This document shows, in pieces, positions 24,389 to 38,080 of a DNA stretch of 64,000 bases (position 1 is the stretch's first letter; every line of letters begins with the position of its first letter). The notes beneath the pieces were generated by a model. The model searched no databases. It was not told the origin of the DNA and worked only from the letters and a program-made list of their open reading frames with translations. A program made the position numbers and the translations under genes. The stretch is from Octopus vulgaris (Eukaryota): assembly GCA_951406725.2 (NCBI GenBank), contig OX597819.1, positions 65,844,001 to 65,908,000 of the forward strand, written 5' to 3'.

Positions 24389-25355
24389 TCGAAAAATACC
24401 TTAGGAATGAGAACCCAGGTTCGAAATTTCCCCAACGCACCTGATGAAGGCTGGAGGGTATATCAGCCGAAACGTTGTTAACAACAAACAAGATGAGGAC
24501 AAATATCCGTCAAATGTAAATAATGTAGCAGCATCTATTTCCGCTTTGCTTTCAAAATTCCAGTTTCGCTGAGGTCGACTTTACTTTGTATCCGTTCGAG
24601 GACGATAAAATGAATACTAGTTGAGCACTGGGATCGATATAGTCGACTATTCCCTTCCTCTAAAATTTCGGTCCTTGTGCGTATTGTAAAAAGAATTAGA
24701 ATCAACGAGCTGGCAGAATTATAAGCCCGCTGTACAAAATGCATAGCAAGGTTTTTGTGGCTCTTGACTAAAATCCCGTCGACGTCGACTTGGCCTTTTA
24801 TCCTTTCGGGGTCGATAAAATAAACAGTAGTTGAGTGCTAGGAGTTTTGGAATAGACTACTCCTACTATTGAAATTTCAGGTCTTGTGCTTTTAATAGAA
24901 ACGATTCGAAGGGACTATCAAACTGATGTTTGGAGCATGAAATAGAAATGAAATTTTGACGAACGGTTATTATTCAGTTGACTTAGCACGCCGGGCGAAA
25001 TTTTTAGCGTTATTTCGTCAGCCGATACGTTTTGAGTTCAAATTCCGCCGAGGTCGAGTTTGCCTTTCATTCTTTCGGGGTTGATAAATTAAGTACCAGT
25101 TACGCACTGGGGTCGATGTAATCGACTTAATGTCCTTGTGGGCAATAAAGAAATAAGAATCGTTACCACGCCAGGCGAAATTTTTAGCGTTATTTCGTCA
25201 GCCGAAATGTTCTGAGTTCAAATTCCACCGAGGTCAACTTTACCTTTCATCCTTTCGGGGTCGATAAATTAAGTACCAGTTAAAAAATAGGGTCGATGTA
25301 ATCGACTAACCCCTCCCCACAAATTTCAGGCTCTGTGCTTATAATAGAAACGATT
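24204..25355 (+). mobile_element. Cluster of four same-orientation SINE family C units, the first split by a SINE E insertion
   Basis: Cores GAGGTCGACTTT / CCTTTCGGGGTCGATAAA recur near 24570, 24780, 25050 and 25230. Confidence 0.88.
24251..24527 (+). mobile_element. SINE family E nested in SINE C; hammerhead core intact
   Basis: CGTAGTGGTTAAGAGCGCG head, GAGTTTGATTCC, (AAT)n, CTGATGA-A-GGCTG..CAGCC-GAAACGTT at 24441-24476; TAGCA at both junctions. Confidence 0.88.
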
Positions 25356-26067
25356 ATTTAGATGACTTTAAAACGGAAAGAAAGGATCATAGAATCAAGG
25401 AGGTCTCGAGGAAGATGGTAATAATATGGTTAAAGGAGCTTTCGGGGGAAAATCGTGAGAGGAAATGGCCCCTATATGCCTCATCCATCTCAATACATGA
25501 CTGTTGTGAGTAAAGTCAGTGTGACCAGCGGTAATTTGACGGGGGAGTATATGCTTGTGTGGAACCGTATCTTATCACGTGACTGAAAAAAGTTCACATT
25601 GACTCGAGTACTTTATTTGGCTTCTAAGATTAATGAGTCACGTGTCCGTCTTCACTACCTTGCACCCAATAAAGGATAGAGAGAAAAACAGACTGCCCAA
25701 TAATCACACGATGACGACAAGGCGATGACCATGGTGATGATGATGACGATGATGACAAATGACGACGACGACGACGACGAAGATGATGATAGCAATGACA
25801 ACAACAACAATAACAACGAAGATGACCGTGACAATGCTGATGACGATCATAATGATGATGAGGAGGAGGAGGAGGAAGAGAACAGTGGTGGTAGTGGTGG
25901 TGGCGTCAGTGGCGGCGGCGGTACTAACGGTAATGACGAAGATGATGACGATGATAATAATGAGGATGATCGTGATCGGGCGGAGTGAAAAGCAATATTG
26001 ACAGCGACAATGACGATGATAGATAATGAAATTGATGATGAAGATGATAATGATTTTTCTGATCTTC

Positions 26068-26121
<54 letters not shown>

Positions 26122-26507
26122 ATTAAGACAACGACAACGATGTCGATTCTAAATAGCGCTAAGGGCGAGGTGATAATGGAAGCCAGTAATGCCAGGAAAT
26201 CAACATGGCCTTTTCTTTTGCTTGATTTTTTTCAAGTAGAATCCAGCTGTTCGTGAATGTAGATAATTGTTATGATATTCAAGATGTGTAGAATGCTAGC
26301 TGTATAAGCAACAATCGCTTTCATTCACGCATTGTTTTAGACAACGGACGTCTTTAGTCATGTTATCACGAATTACAAGAAACAAAGACTCGAACAACAG
26401 CCAAATATATCAATACAAAACAAGTAGGAGGCAATAGAAATATATACGTATATAAACATTATATATATATGTATATATGTATGTATGTATATATATATGT
26501 ATGTATG

Positions 26508-26538
<31 letters not shown>

Positions 26539-26737
26539 GTATATATATCTATGTATGTATGTATATATATATGTATGTATGTATGTACGTATGTATGTAT
26601 ATGTGTATGTATGTGTGTCTGTATGTATTTATGTATGCATGTATGTATATGTGTATGTATGTATGTATATATGTATGTATGTATATATATATATAAGGTA
26701 CTTACATGTAGACGAACATATATACATGTAAATATAC

Positions 26738-26801
<64 letters not shown>

Positions 26802-26925
26802 GTATATATATATGTATATATATACATATTCGTGTGTATATACACACACACACACACAAATGTATATTTTTGCATGCGAGACAGTCTTAGTGAATGTACT
26901 ACGTTTGTTGTTTGTATTTGTGTTC

Positions 26926-26957
<32 letters not shown>

Positions 26958-27133
26958 TATCTCTGTATCTGCTATGTATACTCTGTGAATGCATTTAATT
27001 TAGAAATCCGGAGGGCTCTAGAACAATATACTTATAGGATAACACGCTAGAGCGTGCACATACGCATGCGCACACATATTCATGAGTAGACTGCATGCGT
27101 GTTTCTTCTGCTACCGTAAATTTAAATAAAGGT

Positions 27134-27313
<180 letters not shown>

Positions 27314-27940
27314 AACGTGATTTATGTGTGTTTGTGTCAGTGAGTGTCTGCTTTTGTGTGTGTCTGTATGCTAGTGTGTTTGTATATTCAAAGGTATTTA
27401 GAAGCCCGAATATAGTGTATGACAATCTATAAAAGTGTTAGTACGCGTTATCTTTTGCGGCGCGTGTAATGTGTTAGTAACACCATAGTTATCCATTTGT
27501 ATATGAATGTGCGCTCTTGTTTTGTGCGATTGTGTCTAAGCAAGCTCTTCTGTGTACATACAATGACGATGAAAACAAAACAATCAGAATTGATATTAAG
27601 AAATACTTTAGTCAGTTCATTGAACGAAGTGGGGGAATCTCCAAGCTTCAAGAGTATTGCTATAGCATCGCATGTTTGAGTCCTTCAAAGCTAAATAAGA
27701 AATTTTTTTCTTCCTTCTTCTCCCCCTCTCCCCCCTCTCTGTTTTTGTCTGTCTGTCTCTCACTCTCTTCCTTTCTCACTCTCTTCCTTTCTCTCTCTCT
27801 CCCTCTCTATCTCTCTCTCCCTTGCCCTACCGCTATCGGTTTCTCATATTCTCATCAATTTGTTCATTTGTCTCTCTATTTCTCTACCTTTCACTAAATT
27901 TACTTAGGTAAGCAGGTATTAATTTACCCAACTTCATATA

Positions 27941-28173
27941 CCTATTTCTTTACTACCCACAAGGGGCTAAACACAGAGAGGACAAACAAGGACAGACAAG
28001 CGGATTAAGTCGATTGTATCGACCCCAGTGCGTAACTGGTACTTATTTAATCGACCCCGAAAGGATGAAAGGCAAAGTCGACCTCGGCGGAATTTGAACT
28101 CAGTACGTAACGGCAGACGAAATACGGCTACGCATTTCGCCCGGTGTGCTAACGATTCTGCCAGCTCGCCGCC
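27941..28173 (-). mobile_element. SINE family C, young full-length copy
   Basis: Close reverse complement of 29703-29933; ACTTCATATACCTAT repeated at 27931-27945 and 28186-28200. Confidence 0.92.
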
Positions 28174-28304
28174 TTATATACCTATACTTCATATACCTAT
28201 ACACGTACACACACACACGCACATATAACCATATAAGTGAAAGAGTAATAGATATATGTATATACACAACTATATATGTATATGATGCATACATGTTTGT
28301 ATGG

Positions 28305-28337
<33 letters not shown>

Positions 28338-28342
28338 ATCGG

Positions 28343-28669
28343 AGACTCCCTTCAGTTGCAAATGACCATGGGATTGCACCTAGAAAGTTACCCTCCGAGG
28401 CACAAGTCCGAGCAAGGTTGTTTATGGAAGACCAGCAGTCGCCCATGCATACCAGCCTTCTCTCTCCACACCACTGATGTTATCCAAGGGAAAGCAAAGG
28501 GGCCAATACAGCTTGGCACCTGTGAAGTCGCAACTCATTTCTACAGCTGAGTAAACTGGAGCAATGTGAAATAAAGTGTCTTGCTCATGAACACAACACG
28601 CAGCCCGGTCCGGGATTCGAACTCACAATGACACGGTCGTAAGTTCGACGCTCTAACCACTGAGCCATG
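28343..28669 (-). mobile_element. SINE family D, full-length
   Basis: Minus strand TGGCTCAGTGGTTAGAGCG A-box and GAGTTCGAATCCC B-box, body as 62521-62829. Confidence 0.92.
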
Positions 28670-29702
28670 TGTGTATGTGTGTGTGTATGTATGTATGGAA
28701 AGATGAATGGATGGATGGATGGATGGATTGGTGGATGTGTATATATATATATATGATTACATACATATATCTATTTATGGTTTTTCCACTTTTCTTGAAG
28801 AAAATCTCTATGTTGTTGTTCGTCATGTTGTAGCTGCTGAAAGTTTTTTCTATTTCAAAATCAATTTACAAAGGAACTCAGCTCTATGTTTTGTTAGGGA
28901 TAATTAAATTCCCTCTATAAAGCCACCTGTAAACATATCCTCACTAACTGTACAGTGCTGTTGTCTGTGATAAATGTTGCGGTGGTGGTGCTGGTGGTGA
29001 TGGTGGTGGAGGAATAGGTTTGTCAAGAATGGGTCTGGTGTTCGCCGATGTGTTGCTGTTAATGTTGGTGGTGGTTTTGCCTGTGTAGTTATTGCTGAAT
29101 TTAACTGGATTGTTGAGAATGAGTCTGATATCGACACTGCTAATGCTTCTCTTATTAAGGGGAGGTCACTGGTGCAATAGGCAGGAGTGGTCATAGTGGT
29201 AGAGAGATCGACTAGATTTTGTGGTGATAGGACTGCTGTAAACAACGTTGTTGTTTAGCCCTAGGCAAACACTTTCTGAGTAGCTCTCTGATCAAGACAT
29301 TTCAGCTGTGACTGAATCATCTTTTTTACGTCAGAGATATTTATTTTTATTTCTATCGTATTTTTCTCGGAAGCATAGCTTGAGGTCTTTGTAAAGTGAA
29401 GGACAATAAAGAAGGAAAAAAAGAGGGCCTTCAAATTCAAACTGAGTCGATTACTTAAGGAACTGAATATCATAGACCAAAGGAATACAAGATGCAGGAG
29501 AAAAGGATCTATCAGAATAAAAACAGATTTATGATTAACATGATAATCATTAAAAAAATGATGCACTTAACGTTTGACAAAGGGTACAAACAAGAAAGTC
29601 CATCAGTGAAATGGCCATGGCATTACTACATTGGCCAAGATATCCTAAGGCTAGTGATTGTGCAAGTGGAGCTGTTGTTAGGTTAGGGGTTTCCACAATA
29701 AT

Positions 29703-30107
29703 GCGACGAGCTGGCAGAAACGTTAGCACGCCGGGCGAAGTGCGTAGCCGTATTCGTCTGCCGTTACGTTCTGAGTTCAAATTCCGCCGAGGTCGACTTT
29801 GCCTTTCAACCTTTCGGGGCCTATAAATTAAGTATCATTTACGCACTGGGGTCGATATAATCGACTTAATCCGTTTGTCTGTCCTTGTTTGTTCTCTCTG
29901 CGTTTAGTCCCTTGTGGCTAGTAAAGAAATAGGTATTTCGTCTGCCATTACATTCTGAGTTCAAATTCCGCCGAGGTCGACTTTGCCTTTCGGGTTCGAT
30001 GAAATAAGTACCAGTTACGCACTGGAGTCAATGTAATCGACTTAATCCTTTTGTCTGTCTGTGTTTCTCCCCTCTATGTTTAGCCCACCCATGGGCAATA
30101 AAGAAAT
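29703..30107 (+). mobile_element. SINE family C, full unit plus tandem partial unit
   Basis: GCGACGAGCTGGCAGAAACGTTAGC head; GAGTTCAAATTCCGCCGAGGTCGACTTTGCCTTTC twice. Confidence 0.92.
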
Positions 30108-30680
30108 AAATAATGCTGTTGTTGGTTGGGCTTCTTTTTGCAATTGTGAACGAGGTGATGGCTGCACTGGTGATTTTAGTGTTCATAATTACTGTGATGG
30201 TGATGGTTGAAGTGTTACTAGCTACATTCGGTTCACTTTCATCGTGAAGGCTTATAAGGAAAGGCATACTATCCACTGACATACCGTATTTTCCATATGT
30301 CCAGAGAGCTCATAATTCAACGATTTCATTTTTGGTAAGACGATATATTCTGGTTTGATAAATATTGCCTGGGGTTTAAGTGGGAAATGTCCTGATATTG
30401 ATTATTATACGCCATGGAATCCGGGTAACTGACTCTCGTAATCTTAGGAAACGAAGCGATAATTCCTTACACGTATCTACAGCGTATGTATTTACTTGGA
30501 CATTATTTCACGCGTAGGATGTCGGTTGGTGGAACATCTGAAAGCTCCTCGTCGAAACCGACGAAAGCTCATTACAAACAGCTGGTGGTAATGGTAAAAC
30601 CTTTGAAAAAATGTTAATCGTAAATCCTCATTTATCGAAGATTCGATTTATAACCCATATTGACCTTTTATTCATTTATT

Positions 30681-30891
30681 CTTTTACTTATTTCAGTCGT
30701 TGAACTGCGGCCATGCTGGAGCACCGCTTTTAGTCGAACAAATCGACCCAGGACTTATTTTTTGTAAATCTAATACTTATTCTATCGGTCTCTTACGCCG
30801 AACCGCTAGTTTACAAGGACGTAAACACACCAACATCGGTTGTCAACCGATGGTGGGAGGGGACAAACAGAGACACTCACAAACACATGTG

Positions 30892-30926
<35 letters not shown>

Positions 30927-31074
30927 ATGTGTGTGTGTGTGTGTATACAATGGACTTCTTTCAGTTCCTGTCCATTAAATCCACTCACAAGTCTTTGGTC
31001 AACCGGAGGCTATAGTTGAAGACAGATGCCCAATGTGACACGCAGTGGGACTGAACCCGAAACCATGTGGTTGG
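30681..31074 (-). mobile_element. SINE family B
   Basis: GCGGCCATGCTGGAGCACCGC tail through CAGTGGGACTGAACCCG head, reverse complement. Confidence 0.9.
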
Positions 31075-31326
31075 AAAAAAACTGCAGATTATAAAGGATA
31101 GATTCGATCCAGCGTATGACGAGTATATTTGATTCTGATTTAGTTACTTTGTACTTTTATATTATAATTATTTATTTATTTATTTCAAAATCAGGATACG
31201 TAGTGAAAAGCCAAGCTAATTTTATGCACAAACACACACGCACACACACACATACACGCACGCATACACACACACATACACGCACGCACACACACACATA
31301 CACGCACGCACACACACACATACACG

Positions 31327-31376
<50 letters not shown>

Positions 31377-32328
31377 TAGACACATACATATCCATGCATG
31401 TATATATATATATATATATATATATACTGATACACGAAAATGTGCATCCATTTGCATGCAAATATACTTATGCACAAACACACAAATAAACATACACTTA
31501 CACACATACACGCACAAACATGTACATATGCATACATGCACACACATACACACACTTATACTTATGCACAAACATACTTACACACATACACGCGCGCGCG
31601 GACACACACACACACACACACACATATGTGTGGTGGAAGTTAATTCGTGGCCGAGTGAGACTACTTTCAAAACCCATTTCTCTCTAAGAAACATCTAAAG
31701 TTTGTTCTCCGCATCGTTAATGCCGTCTCTTATGGCTTCCAAGCGCTGCAAGGGACTTACAATTCACTCCACACCGAGTACTGTGTATACATACGTCTAA
31801 ATACGCTTATACATGTATATGTATTCGTTACTGTCTGTGAGTATATGTGTGTCTGTTTGTTTGTGTGTGCGTTGATGAGCGTATCTGTCTTTCTGCGTCA
31901 GTATGTGTACACCATACAAACGTGTACATCCCCGTTAGCTACTTACAAATGTCAAGAAACAAAACCAAACGCAGGTGCCCGGCTAAGATTCACCCGTCAA
32001 CATTTCTCCGCTATCAACTGTTTGTTATTTTATAATTATACTTCGGCAGAAAAGTGGTGCTCATGGACAGATAGGTTACACTCTATATATCTCACCATCA
32101 TTCTATCCGTCCAGCCTCCGGTTTCTTCACCTCTCCGTTTTAGCCTCGCTGTCTTTTCTCCTTTTTATTATTCTTATGCTTTTGTGCCGGTTCCACTCTT
32201 GTTTTCTCTTCTTAACGCTCCACTTCACATTTCTTTACCATTTAATTTCACCTAAATTCCGGGATATTATAAGTATGTGTCCTATATTTTGATGCTCACA
32301 CGTATATACATATATACATGTACACACG

Positions 32329-32359
<31 letters not shown>

Positions 32360-32573
32360 ATATAGTAGATGTTTTGTGGTTGAGTGCGTGTCTGTATGTG
32401 TGCGTACGTTTGTGTGTGTATGTGCCTGTGTGTGTACACGTGTGTCTTTATGTACATACATAACAATGTCTCTATATAAGCATGCATGAATATACATATG
32501 GATAGATAGACAGACAGATAGGTAGATAAATAGATAGATAGATAGACAGATGGATGGATGGATGGATAGATAG

Positions 32574-32622
<49 letters not shown>

Positions 32623-33337
32623 ATGGAGGGCGGGCGGGAACAGAGTAGAAATGAAAGTATACGTGTGAGAGACAAACTGAGTGAGCGGGATAGTGAAGGG
32701 GAGTTGTTTTCTTAAAAATATTAAACTGGTTTGAACTAACACGTGTCAGTTTAAAAAAAACAGTTACTTCCAGTTTACTGCATGTATGTATATGTATATG
32801 CACGAATGTATGCGTCTAAGTGTGTAAGAGTGTTTCAAGTTCTTACCTAAACACAGGTATTTCTTTACCGCGAATCTTCCTTTACTGCGGTGACGCCTGT
32901 CGGACTCGAAAGATTAGCAGTTATGAACATCTCCCCGGGGAATGTAAAGACGCATTATTCAAGCAAAGAATAACTTGGAAATAGAGCGAAACGAACGGTT
33001 CTTGCCGCTAGGCCTAACTCGGCGTAATGCAAATGCCATCATTATGGATGTCCAGGCTACAGGCGAAAAGTCAAGCAACTGGATTTGGTGAAAAGGAGGT
33101 GAAGAACGATGGCTGGAAGACAGTTGAGTGAAGCCTAGTAAGCAATTGTTCTAGAGAGTGAGTCTTACTTCAGTGAAGGAAGGCGCTACGCAAAAATGCC
33201 GGCAGAGGGAAGGCCCCGAAACGGCGCGCCTTCTTGCTAACTTCATAAGCCTGCTAGTGGCCGATACGAGAGCTTTCAAATGGTAGCATTTTTAGTTGTT
33301 TGCAAATAATAAATACATACGTTTGTGTGTGTGTGTG

Positions 33338-33462
33338 CATCGAACAGTGAGAATAATTGTTCAATACCACTTTGGTGGATAAATATTCTTTGTTTATGGC
33401 TTAACTAGGTAACTAATTGTTTTATATAAAAAGATCTTCACAATTATTCAAGTATGCCATTT
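33338..33462 (+). repeat. Interspersed repeat family G following (TG)n
   Basis: ATCGAACAGTGAGAAT...CAATTATTCAAGTATGCCA, homologous to 41849-41972. Confidence 0.7.
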
Positions 33463-33691
33463 TAAGTTCATAATGGAGACAAGAACCAACACTTCCATGC
33501 GGTGCACTTGAACAATTGTGAAGATCTTTTTACAAGAAATCACTGGTTATCTTGTTGACCTACAAATAAAGCATATGAGCCTCAAAAGAACGCGGTACAA
33601 GACTTCTGATGAAAGTACAAGGGCTTTAAGGCTCAAAGCTTTTTATGCGTCCCTCATATTTATACGTATATACATACATACACACACACAG

Positions 33692-33729
<38 letters not shown>

Positions 33730-34199
33730 ATGTGTGTATATATATATATATAAATGTGTGTATATCCTGTACACTTATATGCATATATATTTATATATAT
33801 GTATATATATATATACATATATACATATATACTATGACAATAATTACAATAACTATATACATATGTATATATATATATAACATATAAATATATATGTATA
33901 TACGTATAAATTATATATATTATTATTATTTAATTGAACGCCACGCATCTATTCTCAAGTAAGTTTATCTTCACCTTTTTGATGCGACTCTACTCTGTAC
34001 TGTTTATTTCCTCTTTCTCTAATTCTCTTTTCCCTTCCCTCTTTCACCGTTTTCTATCTGTCTCCCTCTCTCTCTCTCTTCCCTCTTTCTCTTTTTCTTT
34101 CTCTCGCTGCTCACACGTGACCATCGTCCATCATTCTTTTCCTCGTGTGACTATCTTTCTTTTCCTGCCCGGACGTTCAAAGGACCGGACGTTTTCTTT

Positions 34200-34582
34200 T
34201 TCTCGCTCTTCTATCTTTTCTCTTTCAAAGAAAATATTTCTCTCAGGTTTCACTATTTACCCCCTCGTTCTGGTTTAACGACTCTCCATGTTTGTTTTCG
34301 TTCGGTTTCCTTGTATGTCTCCACTATCCTGTTTTTGTTCCCAACTTTGATTCTACATGAATCCTAAATTTTGATTTAGAATTTATGGCAGGAGATGTCT
34401 TTGAAGATTCATATTGTCGCTGAATGCTCGAAATGAGGAGCAGATAGACAGGCGACAACTGATGAAGTGTCGTTTCTTTGTTTACTTGTGCTGTTTTCCA
34501 TATTTTTCTCTCGTTGTCTGCGTATTTAATTCGTTTGTTTTCGTATTTCATGTTGTTTACACAGTTGGTGATGTCCTGTACC
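34200..34582 (+). repeat. Interspersed repeat family F beside (TA)n
   Basis: Homologous (inverted) to 23780-24130. Confidence 0.7.
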
Positions 34583-34589
34583 CCTTATA

Positions 34590-34637
<48 letters not shown>

Positions 34638-34670
34638 TGAGAAAGTTGGTGTGTGAAAGCACGTGGTTGA

Positions 34671-35136
34671 ATATATAGAAAATAGTAAAAAGTGAAAAAA
34701 CTACAGAAGGCTTGTTTTAAAAGGTTAAAAAATATATTTGAGTCATTATGTCAGAAGAATGTTATAAAATTTTTCCATACAGTGACATAGTTTTTGAAGA
34801 AATTACCGGTTTCTTGTTAACTTTTCAAATTTCTCAAAACATCGTGTTATGTCTTCGTTATGAAGTGTAAAAAAGAGTTCCAGGTAGGGGAGGTAATAAG
34901 TGATTTCTTCCGGTGTAAGGGAGATAATCGCTTTATATTTCTTGCCTCTTTTATTTAATGGGGCGAGGACATAACACGATGTTTTGAGAAATTTGAAAAG
35001 TTAACACGAAACCGGTAATTTCTTCAAAAACTATGTCACTGTATGAAAAAATTTTATAACATTCTTCTGACATAATAACTCAAATATATTTTTTAACCTT
35101 TTAAAACAAGGCTTCTGTAGTTTTTTCACTTTTTAC

Positions 35137-35150
<14 letters not shown>
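34671..35150. repeat. Foldback with ~185-bp near-identical inverted arms inside (TA)n
   Basis: 34671-34857 is the reverse complement of 34964-35150 with few mismatches; ~105-bp spacer. Confidence 0.92.
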
Positions 35151-35194
<44 letters not shown>

Positions 35195-35993
35195 CCTCAT
35201 CATCTGAGTCTTCATTTCATCAGTGACATTATTCATACTTTTGCCTCCTTTCTTTATTCTGACTAAATCCAGTTATTATAGTCTACGATTCTTTGACAAA
35301 ATTTTCCATCTTAAATACGGAACTTGAAAATATATCCACTGGAACCAGTTGAAGTATTTTGCATTTCTACATGCGATATAAAGCTCTACAGATACTATAC
35401 GTGTTTTGTTATTCTCTTGCTACATACTACATTCTTGCTAATATCTAGATTAATTTGTAAATATTATAATGGAGTTTTCGATATAAAAATCAACGTGTGA
35501 ACAGACATAAACATCAACAGCTTCTTAGATTTTACGCAAGACCTAACCGTTGCAAATTTTCATCTTACAAAAGCAAAGAAAGAATTACATAACATCATTA
35601 GAAATTCTAATTTTTATTTTATTGTTTTTTTTTTTAGAATATTAAGAAAAACCTGTCAGCAACACTAACACAGAGAACAAAAGATATATCTTTCTGAGAA
35701 AGAAGCATTCAATGGTATTGCGTATCTTATAAACACAATATATTAATGAAACGTATGGAAGAGGGTGTAACTATTATGTTGTACTTTATGCATATGTGTG
35801 TGTGTGTGTGTGCCTCTGAGTGTGTGTGTGTGTGTGTGTATTTTAAATCTCTGAGCGAGAGGAATACAGTAACAGTACCGGATAGTAATGTTTATATGCC
35901 AACATAACGACAGTTTTGATTGAGATTTTCAAACGGGAACGTGAGACACTGAGTAACAATTTTTTGTGATGTCTTTGCAGCTGTATTTATACA

Positions 35994-36056
<63 letters not shown>

Positions 36057-36090
36057 GTGCGTGTGTGTGCGTGTGTGTATATAACTAACT

Positions 36091-36368
36091 GGCACGACTA
36101 CGAGGGTTCCAGTTGATCCGATCAACGGGAGAGCCTGCTCCTAAAGTAAATGCGCAAGTGGCATACTCTTCACGAGGTTCTCAGGTAGATTAACGGTGAC
36201 ACAGAGTGGGACAAGGATGGCCCTTTGAAATACAGGTACTATTTATTTTTGCCAGTTGAATGGACTGGTGTCACGTGAAATAAAGTGTATTACTCAAGGA
36301 AACGTGCGTCGCCTGGATTTGAACTCACGACCTTACGATCGTGAGCCGAATAACTACTAAGCTACACA
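36091..36368 (-). mobile_element. tRNA-derived SINE, family D-like head with a different 3' body
   Basis: GTGAAATAAAGTGTATTACTCAAG and TTTGAACTCACGACCTTACGATCGTGAGC match the family D 5' half; the 3' half differs. Confidence 0.7.
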
Positions 36369-36427
36369 CCTACACAGATATGTGTGTGTGTGTGTGTGTG
36401 TGTGTACCGATCTTACTCATAAGGGAA

Positions 36428-36918
36428 TTCGTTTCTACTCTAGGCGCAAGGCCCGAAGTTTTGGGGGAGGGGTCAGTCGATTAGATCGACCTCAGTGCGC
36501 AACTGGTACTTAATTTATCGACCCCGAAAGGATGAAAGGCATAGTCGGCCTCGGCGGCATTTGAACTTGGAACGTAAAGACAACGAAATACCTCTAAGCA
36601 TTTACTCATAAAGCAATTAGTGTAGTACTCCGAATCACGTGCTTACGGAATGAACTACTTAACCATATCTTTTAAGCAGCATCGTTTCAATGAAGGTGAT
36701 ATCAGTTCTCGATTACATAGACTCCAGTAGTTGACTGGTACCTTATTTTATCGACCTCGGAGGGAAAACAAAGAAAATGGTGAAGCTGACTTCGGCGTTA
36801 ACTGAGTGTAAATTTACCTCGGAATGAAGTGAGCGGTTTTTCTTTTGGCGTAAAGTGCCGAGGATAAGCCGCTAAGATTTTAACTCAGTTTGCTAAAAAT
36901 TCGGCCAGTTCGTCACCT
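36428..36918 (-). mobile_element. Two SINE family C copies (36428-36602; diverged 36712-36918)
   Basis: AACTGGTACTTAATTTATCGACCCCGAAAGGATGAAAGGC and a degenerate repeat of it. Confidence 0.8.
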
Positions 36919-37982
36919 TAAGAATTCCATCCCTAGGTGTACGGCAGATAAAATGATGGTGAGAACAAAAACATAAATGATGACGATGTGATAATTTCCA
37001 CGGTTAAAATGCTGATATACCTCACCGATCGTACAACTTTCATTTCAGTGGTGTTCTTATCATATATAACTGTAATTTCGTTTCATCTGACGCGTGAATA
37101 TCCACAGTAAAAGTATCAAAGTGCCCCAATGGGCTTCAGTGTCAATCGATCGTACAGCTTTCTGAATAGAATCAAGTAAATACAAAACTTTTCTACAGAC
37201 ATTTCTTCTGGTAAAAAACCAAGAATAAGATTGATATTTTTTCCAAACATTCTCGAAGTTGGTTTTGTTGAAGACGTATTAAATTTCTCAAGTTAAAATA
37301 CCGATATACCCTAAGGCTATTTATACGTACGGATCGTGCAATATTCTAAATAAAACCTAATAAATATAAAAATTATCCTTAGATATTTCTAATATAAAAA
37401 AAGTAAACAAAATATATAGACTTATTTATTTTTTTCCTGTCATTTATGACTGTAAACGCGTTTTTATGAAAAGCGAATGAATATGTACAGTTAAAATGCT
37501 ATATTGCGTAACTGATTTTAGCACCATCCAAACGTATGAATTCTTGATTACAATCTAGAAAATATTGAAATTTTCAGCAAATATTTTCTTGGAGGAAAAA
37601 CAAAATATAATAAAACTCAAGTTTGCCTAGCTTTCATATATATTTCTTTTTCTTCTGATATCACATGAATTTTTACAGTTAGAATAACCGAATTATATTA
37701 AAGATTTCAGCATCAACACTTACGCATATGAATTTTCTAAGTAAAAATAATGACATAACCTACAAATGTGGTCTGAAACCAAACGTAAGACATGAAGAAG
37801 AACAGCAGAACAGAGTCTAATAAACAAACAAAACAAATAAACAAACAAACAAACAAATATATAGCAAATATTAGATTACTAACAAACAATACATAGCTTC
37901 CAGATATCTAAATATTATCCGCAAAACTTTTGAGTACAATATCGGCGATGCACACTTTCCGTGACTTTCAGTCACACACGTA

Positions 37983-38080
<98 letters not shown>

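Noticed and set aside
27895-27913. TAG|GTAAGC as a recursive splice site
   Set aside because: It lies in a duplicated segment whose paralog near 47075 does not keep the motif
28904-29245. Thr/His-rich ORF as an exon
   Set aside because: Derived from degenerate (GGT/GTT)n repeats with no recognisable domain or clear splice sites
30283-30660. Tc1/mariner-like start TACCGTATTTTCC and a possible transposase relic
   Set aside because: No matching right TIR and no convincing translated motif
34425-34475. Type II hammerhead in family F (CTCGAAA...CTGATGAAG)
   Set aside because: Stems I and III could not be paired convincingly and the second copy lacks GAAA
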